A stretch of 64,000 nt of DNA from Squalus acanthias (lineage: Eukaryota), in assembly GCA_030390025.1 (NCBI GenBank), contig CM059431.1, positions 140,928,001 to 140,992,000 of the forward strand. Reading direction: 5' to 3'. The position numbers were made by a program, and so were the translations under genes. Shown piece after piece: positions 22,441 to 31,310 of the stretch. The notes below the pieces were generated by a model. That model had not been told where the DNA came from. It made no database searches and saw nothing but the letters and a program-made list of their open reading frames with translations. How positions within the stretch are numbered: the stretch's first letter is position 1; the number at the start of each line of letters is the position of its first letter.

Positions 22441-22965
22441 TTCGGCCAGAAGGACTTGTCCTTCACCCAGTGTTAAAACAACCTGTTTAACTACTTCTTA
22501 AGAGCCGCACCTCGTGGGCCTACCGGGTTTCTAAACCCTTGTTTGTTTATTTTAAAAACTCCCCGTTTTAACTACTACCTAAGTTTACTTTTCGGCCAGA
22601 AGGACTCGCCCTCCACCGTGTTAAAACTCCCCGTTTTAACTACTACTTAAGTTTACTTTTCGGCCAGAAGGACTCGTCCTCCACCGTGTTAAAACTCCCC
22701 GTTTTAACTCCTACTTAAGTTTATTTTTCGGCCAGAAGGACTCGTCCTCCACCGTGTTAAAACTCCCCGTTTTAACTCCTACTTAAGTTTACTTTTCGGC
22801 CAGAAGGACTCGTCCTCCACCGTGTTAAAACTCCCCGTTTTAACTACTACCTAAGTTTACTTTTCGGCCAGAAGGACTCGTCCTCCACCGTGTTAAAACT
22901 CCCCGTTTTAACTACTACTTAAGAGCCGCACCTCGTGGGCCTATCAGTTTTCTAAACCCTTGTTT
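22441..22965 (-). repeat. 68-bp tandem repeat array in the ERV 5' leader
   Basis: CGGCCAGAAGG recurs at 22593, 22661, 22729, 22797 and 22865 (68-bp period), plus a diverged copy at 22443. Confidence 0.95.
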
Positions 22966-23101
22966 TCCGGTACCGCAGTCCGGCAGTGTTAACCGCCTTC
23001 AATTAAAGGTGTCTTTCTTTTTATAGTTCTTTTGTACGTCAATCTTACTTAACGTCTCGCCAGCGATTAACCTCTAATTTTACAGGTGGTAATTTAAACG
23101 T

Positions 23102-23110
23102 ACTCACCCG
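23102..23110 (-). promoter_or_regulatory. ERV major splice donor
   Basis: CGG|GTGAGT about 45 nt downstream of the PBS. Confidence 0.7.
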
Positions 23111-23151
23111 TCTTAGGTTATCGCTGTCCGAGAGTTTTGTTCAGATCGCGC

Positions 23152-23169
23152 ATCCCATCCTCGTCGCCA
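23152..23169 (-). other. Primer-binding site, tRNA-Ser(GCT)
   Basis: TGGCGACGAGGATGGGAT, 2 nt after the 5' LTR. It is complementary to the vertebrate tRNA-Ser(GCT) 3' end AUCCCAUCCUCGUCGCCA (recalled sequence). Confidence 0.9.
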
Positions 23170-23171
23170 AT

Positions 23172-23687
23172 TGATGTAAGCTCCCAAAGTGCGGACCCAG
23201 TGATATACAAGGTCGACGCTACTGGCTTGTTGGAAGAAAGACTGACCAAGTAATTGAAGTCACAACGGTTTATTACAGGCCTGGGGAGAACCTCTCATGT
23301 CGCTTACATGAGTACATCTCCACCGAGCTAATGAAAACACACATATTTATATCCAATCAGGTTTAAAAGTTACACACAATGCTAGGTCTAAAAACACATT
23401 ACTCGTTTTACAAATATTTCTGTCTTGCCTTTACAGAGATCCAATTAGGTTTAAAAGTTACTTGGTTAGCAAACATTTCTGTCTCGCCTTATGGGGATCT
23501 CGTTATCCGAGGGTGGCTGTAAAAGTTACATACAATGCTATCTGTAAATCTCGTTGAAGGAGGTAGACTCCGAAAGCTTGTAAGGTGTTGTGTGACTTGA
23601 AACAAATCTCGTTAAAGGCCTGGCTTTCTGCAAATGAGTCATGCCCGAATTGCCCTGGTTATATCCAATTTTTAATATCTTACTTCA
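23172..23687 (-). repeat. ERV 5' LTR
   Basis: Direct repeat of 15978-16493, followed on the - strand by the PBS. Confidence 0.95.
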
Positions 23688-23956
23688 GCAGATAACTACA
23701 AATCGATCAAATGTGAAGGAGACGGTGAACCAAACAGACAAATCGAAGGTGACATGATTCATGTATAGATTGAACTTACACCCCGGAGTCTGGGACAGGA
23801 ATGAATATGGAAAATGATAACTGAAAACATAATACACCATTACATTGAAGATCATGACCAGTAGATCTGCTGTTGCCATGGTCATCATGTAGACAGAGAT
23901 ACACTTGGAAAGGCCGCAGTTTCCTCTGGAGAGAATCACAATTGTCACCAGGTTCG
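23688..23956 (-). pseudogene. GPR139/GPR142-like GPCR, exon 2 5' part (TM1 end to TM3)
   Basis: Acceptor ctctctttcctacag|CG. ANLVTIVILSRGNCGLSKCIS...ATADLL...SVWFTVSFTFDRFVVIC, then the LTR supplies an immediate TGA. Confidence 0.9.
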
Positions 23957-24365
23957 CTGTAGGAAAGAGAGAGGAGAGAAATAATGTTCCAGTATCTGAT
24001 TGAAATATATATGGAGATACCTGTGGAGAGCATTTTACTCCATTCAGTGTGATTATTAACACGGAGCAGTGTGAGAACAGGATTAGTATTGGAGCCATTA
24101 CCAGGGAAACCCACCCACACATTTAATGAGCTGCTGCAGCGCTCACTCTGCACGGGGGGACAAGACGGTCCGGAAATCCGCTAAAATCCTTGTGTTGGAA
24201 ATTCAAAAACATTGTAACATCAGTATTACGGGGAACGTGGAAAGTGCGGACACGCGGTTCACTGTGTCATGCTGACATCTGTAAAACTGTTACCTTATCC
24301 AACATGCGATATGAACAGGGACACAGTCAACACCGATTAACAACAAGCAGGTTACAATGGCTCAC

Positions 24366-24435
24366 CGGGGACACCGAAAGCTGCGAGAATCGGGTAGTAA
24401 ATCTCTTTTATCAGCAGTATATCTGGTCGCCCCAT
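24366..24435 (-). pseudogene. GPR139/GPR142-like GPCR, coding exon 1
   Basis: MGRPDILLIKEIYYPILAAFGVP followed by G|GTGAGC. The phase-1 join to exon 2 gives a 990-nt (329 aa) ORF once the ERV is removed. Confidence 0.9.
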
Positions 24436-24956
24436 TTTCAGTGAGAATGGATGAATTCTGTAGGTGATGAAAGATTCTGACTGTCGCACGGCTGAGTCAA
24501 TAGAGGGGAACCTATATTTATCCACACATCAATCCGCCAGGGAGTTAATCAAATTAACGCATAATTGTCATTAGTTAAAGTCATTTAACAAATAGACTGA
24601 AGTAAGTTGTTTTTTTTGACTGTTAATTCAGTTTAAGAGAAATTAATGAAATTGTTATTGTAAAGTTTCAAAAATACACACAATACAAACATTCTTTACA
24701 AATGGGAACTGGAATCACCCAATAATGGAGCTGACCCTATTCCAGCAGAACTGGTGGAAGCAGCGATATGGCAGTCATCGGCCTGACCCAGCCCTTCACT
24801 GACTCCTAGTGCTCCAACTCCTCTAGAACAGGCGCTGAAACAAATCCTGTAATATATGAAACAGTCCTGCAGCATTAGAGATGACCTTGTTCCTCCGGTA
24901 ATAGTAGCTCACAAAACTTACAACAGACGTGGACCTGCTCCTTCACTACTAGTCAT

Positions 24957-25178
24957 CATGATGCGGAGATGCCGGTGTTGGACTGGGGTGAACAAAAGTG
25001 AGAAGTCGCACAACACCAGGTTATAGTCCAACAGTTTTATTTGAAATCAAAGCTTTTGGAGCTTCTGCTCCTTCGTCAGGTGAAGATTTCACCTGACGAA
25101 GGGGCAGCAGCTCCGAAAGCTTGTGATTTCAAATAAAACGTGGACTATAACCTGGTGTTGTGCGACTTCTCACTTTTG
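24957..25178. mobile_element. Palindromic Penelope-derived mini-element
   Basis: Inverted arms of about 90 bp (24993-25178). 12-bp TSD ACTACTAGTCAT at 24945-24956 and 25179-25190. Same sequence as the Penelope 3' end at 53286-53412. Confidence 0.85.
25089..25126 (+). ncRNA. Minimal type I hammerhead ribozyme motif
   Basis: TCAC-CTGACGA-A-GGGGC(AGCA)GCTCC-GAAA-GC-TT-GTGA. Confidence 0.7.
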
Positions 25179-28166
25179 ACTACTAGTCATAACCTACATA
25201 GAAACTTAGATAAATAGGAGCTGGAGTAGGCCCTTCGGCCCTTCGATCATGGTTGATCCTCTATCTCAATACCATATTCCTGCTCTCTCCCCATACCCCT
25301 TGTAGCCTTTTCTGTCTGCAAATATATCGATCTCCTTCTTAAATATATCCAGTGACTCGGCCTCCACAGCCAGCTGTTGTAGAGAATTCGTCAGGTTCAC
25401 CACCCTCTGAGGGAAGAGATTTCGCCTCATCGCAGTCCTAAATATCCTACCCCGTATCCTGAGAATGTGAACAATCGTTCTAAACTTCCCAGCCAGGGGA
25501 AACATCCTCCCTGCATCCAGTCTGTCTAGCCCTGTCAGAATTTTATCCGTTTCAATGAGATCCCCTCTCATTCTTCTAAAGTCTAGTGAATACAAGTCTA
25601 TTCGATATAGTCTCTCCTCATACGACAGTCCTGCAATCCCAGGAATCAGTCTGGTGAACCTTCGCTGCACTCCCTCTACGGCAAGTATATCCTTTCTTAG
25701 GTAAGGAGCCCAAAACTGCAAATAGTGCTCCAGGTGGGGTCTCACCAAGGCCCTGTATAACTGTAGTAAGAAATCCTTGCTCCTGTCTCTAATCCTCTTG
25801 CAATGTAGGCCAACATAGCATTTGCTTTCCTAACTGATTGCTGCACCTGCATGTTTGCTTTCAGTGACTGGCGTATAAGGACTGCCAGGTCCCTTTTAAC
25901 TTCAACATTTCCCAATTTATCACAATTAAAATAATAGTCAGCCTTTCTGTTTTTCCTACCGAAGTGGATAACTACACATTTGTCCACTTTATACTGCATC
26001 TGCCATGTATTTGCCCACTCACTGATCCCTGCGGTATCCCACTAATCACCGCCTGACACCCTGAAAAAGACCCATTCGTTCCTACGCTCTGTTTCCTGTC
26101 TGTTAACCAATTTTCAATCCATGCCAGTATATTATCCCCAATCCGATGTGCTTTAATTTTGCACACTAACCTCTTATGTGGGAGTCTTTCAAAGGCCTTC
26201 TGAAAATCATAATACACCACATCCACTGGCTCTCCCTTATCTATTCTACCAGTTACATCCTCAAAAACTCCAGTGGGTTTGTCAAACACGATTTCCCTTT
26301 CATAAATCCATGATGACTTTGTCAAATCCCGTTGAAATTTTCTAAGTGTCCTGTTACCATATCCTTGATAATAGACTCTAGCATTTTCCCTACTACTGAT
26401 GTTGGGCTAACCGGTCTGTGGTTCCCTATTTTCTCCCTCGCTCATTTTTTGAATAGTGGGGTTACATTTGCCACTCTCCAGTCTACAGGAACTGTTCCAT
26501 AATCTATAGAATTTTTGAAGATGACATCCAATGCCTCCACTATTTCCATGACTACCTCTTTTATTATTCTGGGATGCAGATTATCAGGCCCGGGAGATTT
26601 ATCGGCTTTCAGTACAATTAATTTCTCCAACACTACTTTTTTACTGATACTAATTTCCTTTAATTCCTCCTTCTCACTGGACCCTTGGTTCCTTAGCATT
26701 TCTGGGAAGTTATTTGTGTCCTCTACCGTGAGGACAGAACCAATGTAATTGATTAATTGCTCTGTCATTTCCTTGTTCCCCATTATACATTCTCCCGTTT
26801 CTGAGTGTAAGGGACCTACATTTGTCTTCACTAATCTTTATATTTTTACATACTTGTGGAAGCCGCTTTTATGTTCCTTGACAGCATACTCTCATACTCT
26901 ATTTTTCCCCTCTTAATCAATCTCTTGGTCCTTTTTTGCTGAATTCTGAACTGCTCCCAATCCTCAGTCTTGCTACTTTTTCTGGCAACTTTATATGACT
27001 CCTCTTTGGATCTAATACTATCCTTAATTTGGTTTGTTAGCCATGGCCGCTTTTCCTTTTGTGTTTTTGCGCCTGAAAGGGATGTGTAACGGTTGCAACT
27101 CATGCATTCGTTCCTTAAAAGTTACCCATTTCCTATCCACCGTCATGCCTTTTAATGAAGCTCCCCAATCTATCATAGCCAACTCACTACTCATACCTTC
27201 CTTGTTTCCTTTGTTTAGATTTAGGACATTGTTTCAGGTTGGACTACTTCACTTTCCAAAGAAATGAAGAATTCATTAATGTTATGGTCACTCTTCCCGA
27301 AAGGACCCCGCACAACAAAATTATTAATTAAACACTTCTCATTGCACAATGCCCAATCTAGGATTACCTGTTCACTAGATGGCTCCTCATCGTACTGGTC
27401 TAAAAAAAATCTCGTACACACTCCAGGAATTCATCCTCCACAGTATAATTGCAAATTTGGTTTGGCCAGTCTATATGTACGCTAAAGACACCCATGATTA
27501 CTGCAGTACGCTTGTTACCTGTATCTCTAATTTCCTGTTTGATACCGTCCCCTGCATTACCACTACTGTTTGGAGGCCTTTATACAACTCTCAAAAAAGT
27601 GTTCTGCCCCTTGGTGCTTTTTGGCTCCACCTTGTGTAATTCTACATCTTAATTTTCTGAGCCAATATCCTTTCTCTCTATTGCTCTGATTTCATCCTTT
27701 ACGAACAACGCCAACCCAGCTCCTTTGCCTTTTTTGACTGTCCTTCCTAAATATGGAATATCCTGCAGCCATGTCTCCATAATTGCAGTTATATCTAGTT
27801 GCGCTGTTAATTCTTCTACCTTATTACGAATGCTTCGTGCATTCAGATACAGTGCCTTTAGATTTGTCTTTTTAATATTTTTAGACATCAAAAATGTTTT
27901 GGTACTATGGCCCTATTTGTCTTCCCGTTTTTTCTTACCAGGACCCTATTTGTTAGTGCACTCTTTTGTTTCTACGCTCTGTCCCTTCCTGACACAATCT
28001 GGTTATCCTTACCCCATTCCCGTTCCTGCACTGCTTCCTTGTCTTTTCTCTTTAGCATTCTAGATTTCTCTCCACCGTGACCGCCCCACCTAATTTAGTT
28101 TAAAGCCCTATCTACCTCCCCAGTTATTCGATTCGCTAGAACTCTGGTCCCAGCATGGTTCATGTG

Positions 28167-29173
28167 TAATAATAACAGAAAACGCTGGAAAAACTCAGCA
28201 GGCCAGGCAGCATCCGTGAAGAGAGAAACAGAGTTAACGTTTCAGGTCGAAGACCTTTCGTCAGAACTGGAAAAAATCAGGAAATGAATTAGATTTCAAG
28301 CAAGAATAAAGCTGGGAAAAGGGGAAGGGCATGAAAGAACCAAAGGAGAGATTAAGAGACAGTGAGAGACATTAAGAGATAATCAAGGCAAGAGGAGGTA
28401 TTGATGTAACAGGTTGAGGTTAAATGAAGTGTGAAATGCACTGGCAGAATGAAGGACAGCTGCCAGATTCTGGGAGGGAAAAAAAGGGGTGAGTCAAACA
28501 AAAGGGTGGATGAAAACATAAAATATAAATGTGATAGGGGCCGAGGTTATGATCTAAAATTTTTGAACTCGATGTTGAGTCCAGAGAGCTGTAGGGTGCC
28601 TAAACGAAACATGAGGTGCTGTAAATCGAGCTTACGCTGCCCTTCCGTGGACAGTGAGGCCAGAGTGGGAGTGGAGCGGAGAATTAAAGTGACAGGCCAC
28701 CGGGAGCTCGGGGTCCCCCTTACAGACTGAACGGAGGTGTTCCGCAAAGCGGTCACCCAATCTGCATTTGGTCTCCCCAATATAGAGCAGACCACATCGT
28801 GAGCAGCGAATACAGTATACTAAATTGCAGGAAGTACAAGTCAATCACTGTTTCACCTGGAAGGGGTGTTTGGGGCCCTGGACAGTGGGAAGGTGGGAGA
28901 TATGAGGGCATGTGTTGCATCTCCTGCGCTTGCACAGGAAGGTGCCAGGCGAAGGGGAAGAGGTGCTGGGGGTGGTAGAGGAGTGGACTAGGGTGTCGCG
29001 GAGGGAGCGGTCCCTGCGGAATGCTGAAAGGGGAGATCAGGAGAAGATGTGTTTGGTGGTGGGATCACGCTGGAGGTGGCGGAAATGGCGAAGGATGATC
29101 CGTTGAATGTGGAGGCTGGTGGGGTGAAAGGTGAGGACAAGGGGAACTCTATAATGGTTCCGGGAGGGAGGCG
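28167..29173 (-). mobile_element. Penelope-like element, 5'-truncated (GIY-YIG end + 3' pLTR)
   Basis: NLVYCIRCSRCGLLYIGET. 12-bp TSD ATGGTTCATGTG at 28155-28166 and 29174-29185. Same family as 61700-63453. Confidence 0.9.
28232..28268 (-). ncRNA. Minimal type I hammerhead ribozyme motif
   Basis: AGTT-CTGACGA-A-AGGTC(TTC)GACCT-GAAA-CG-TT-AACT. Confidence 0.75.
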
Positions 29174-30574
29174 ATGGTTCATGTGCAGTCCGTCCCAACG
29201 GAACAGCTCTCTCTTTCCCCAGTACTGGTGCGAGTGTCCCACGAATCGAAACCCACTTCTCCCACACCAATCTTTGAGCCACGCATTCATCTCTCTGATC
29301 CTGTTGGCCCTATGCCAATTTGCTCCTGGCTGAGGTAATAATCCAGAGATTATTATCTTTGTGGTCCTGTTATTTAATTTAGTCCCTAGCTGCTTAAAGT
29401 CTCTCCGCAGAACATCTTTCTTAGTCCTTCTTATGTCGTTGGTACCTACGTGGAACATGACAACTGGATCGTCCCCCTCCCACTCGAAGTGGTTCTCCAG
29501 CACGGAGGAGATGTCCTTTACCCTGGCAGCAGGTACGCAACATCGCCTTCGGGTCTCACGCTCCTGGCTGCAGAGAATAGTGTCTATCCCCCTAACTATA
29601 CTGTCGACAACAACAACCACCTTCATTTTTACTCCGCCCCACTTGAACGACTTCCTGTACCACGGTGCAGTGGCCAGTTTGCGCGTCCTCCCTGCAGTCC
29701 CCGCACTGCTCCACAAGAGTTGCAAGAACCTTGAATCTATTGGACAAGTGCAGGGACTGAGGCTCCAGCAATACTACCTCCTGGATCCCAGTACCTGCCT
29801 CACTCGCAGTCACACACTCCTGTCCCTGACCACATGTCAATTCTAAAGTATTTAGTCTAAGGGGTGTGCCTGCCTCCAGGAGCAAAAGTCCAGGTAACTT
29901 TCTCCCTCCCTGATGTCTCGCAATCTCTACAGCTCGTACTCCATCTCCTCAAATCGGAGACGAAGTTCCTCGAGCCGCAGACACTTACCACAGATGCAAT
30001 CGCCCTGGACATAAATGTCCACAAGCTCCCATATATTGCAGCAGCAACACATCTCCTGATCTGCCATTATTTAATTTATTTAATTCAATAGTTTAGAGTT
30101 AATCAAAGTAATTTCCTTGCTTAATTTAATAAATTAGTTAAATTAAGCTTCGTTTTAAAAATTTAGTTATATGCTATATGTTAAATTAAACGCTAGCCCA
30201 CATTCACAACCAATCACTTACCTGCCTTATGTTACGTCACACTGCCGTTTTCTCTTGCAGTTGCAGGTCTGCTGCTGCTTTTACCCCGCTCTCGGGCCTC
30301 GGTCTGCTCCCGCTCAGGTCCGCCGCCACTCTGCGGGAGAAGTTAGGAAAAGCAAGCAAAGCAGCACCTCGTTCCTCCACTTTACCGAACTCCCACAATT
30401 ACCGAACTCCCAATATGTTCACTTTATGTCAAGGTGCACTCCGTGACAAACTGCACACGAACCTCGCTGTTTATACTACTCAGATTTATGAGTCAGGTCT
30501 CTGGCAGTTCTTACACTTACACTACACGATACCGTGCTCCTCCACTACTAATGACAAACTACACTTACACTATA

Positions 30575-31032
30575 GTTGAAACTGCTCCTCATATACTATT
30601 TAGATTCTACATCTTCAGTAGAGATGAACGTGCTCCGACAGTATTATTTATATCCTATACCTACAGTAGAGATGACCGCGCTCCTCCTGTACTATTTACA
30701 CCCTACACCTACAGTAGAGATGACCGTGTTCCTCTGGTACTATTTATACGCTACACCTACAATAGAGATCACCGTGCTCCTCCTGTACTATTTACACCCT
30801 ACACCTACAGTAGAGTTGACCGTGCTCCTCCTGTACTATTTATATCCTACACCTACAGTAGAGATGACCGTGCTCCTCCTGTACTATTTATTTCCTACAC
30901 CTACAGTAGAGATGAACATGCTCCTCCTGTACTATTTATATCCTACACCTACAGTAGAGATGACCTTGCTCCTGCTGTACTAGTTATACCCTACACCTAC
31001 AGCAGAGATGACCGTGCTCCTCCTGTACTATA
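30575..31032. repeat. 48-bp minisatellite, left half
   Basis: Unit GATGACCGTGCTCCTCCTGTACTATTTATATCCTACACCTACAGTAGA, about 9 copies. Continues at 35982. Confidence 0.95.
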
Positions 31033-31310
31033 TATATTGATGATCTAGACGGGGGAACTAGATGTAATATTTCCAAGTTTGCAGACGACACAAAGCTGGG
31101 TGTGCGTGTGTGCTGTCAGGAGGATGCAGAGAAACTCCAGTATGATTTGCAGACGTTGGGTGATTAGGCAGATGAATGGCAGAAGCAGTATAATGTGGAT
31201 AAATGCGAGGTTATCCACTTTGGTGGCAAAAACAGGAAGGCAGATTATTATCTGAACGGCAATAGATTGGGAGAAGGGGAAGTGCAACGAGACCTGTGTG
31301 TCCTTGTGCA
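31033..31310 (+). mobile_element. 5'-truncated CR1, first part (inserted in the minisatellite)
   Basis: KFADDTKL region. Continues at 35277 (GTGCA|CCAGTCGCTGAAG). Confidence 0.8.

Larger units (their letters stand above)
15978..23687 (-). mobile_element. Endogenous retrovirus provirus (probably snakehead-retrovirus-like/class III-related), env-deficient
   Basis: 516-bp LTRs at 15978-16493 and 23172-23687 with TGAAGTAAG...CTTACATCA termini. TSD GCAGA at 15973-15977 and 23688-23692. PBS, PPT, gag and pol with tether + RNase H. Confidence 0.95.
25192..30400 (-). mobile_element. CR1 LINE, near full length, decayed, with a Penelope inserted in ORF1
   Basis: Esterase ORF1 (DSIVRG, HVGTND) at about 29186-30070. 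ORF2 fragments from LYLNARSIRNK to LVRPHLEH. 3' end near 25195. Confidence 0.85.

Noticed and set aside
22593..22932. CRISPR-like array of palindromic repeats
   Set aside because: The units are contiguous and near identical with no unique spacers, there are no cas genes, and the context is a eukaryotic provirus.
23957..24122. N-terminal extension of ORF 23685-24122
   Set aside because: It lies in the 409-nt intron between the donor at 24365 and the acceptor at 23957.
30434..31048. Repetitive 16-aa-unit ORFs (also 35913-36507, 51032-51358, 54265-54679, 59433-59666)
   Set aside because: These are by-products of minisatellites with stop-free frames. No gene structure is present.
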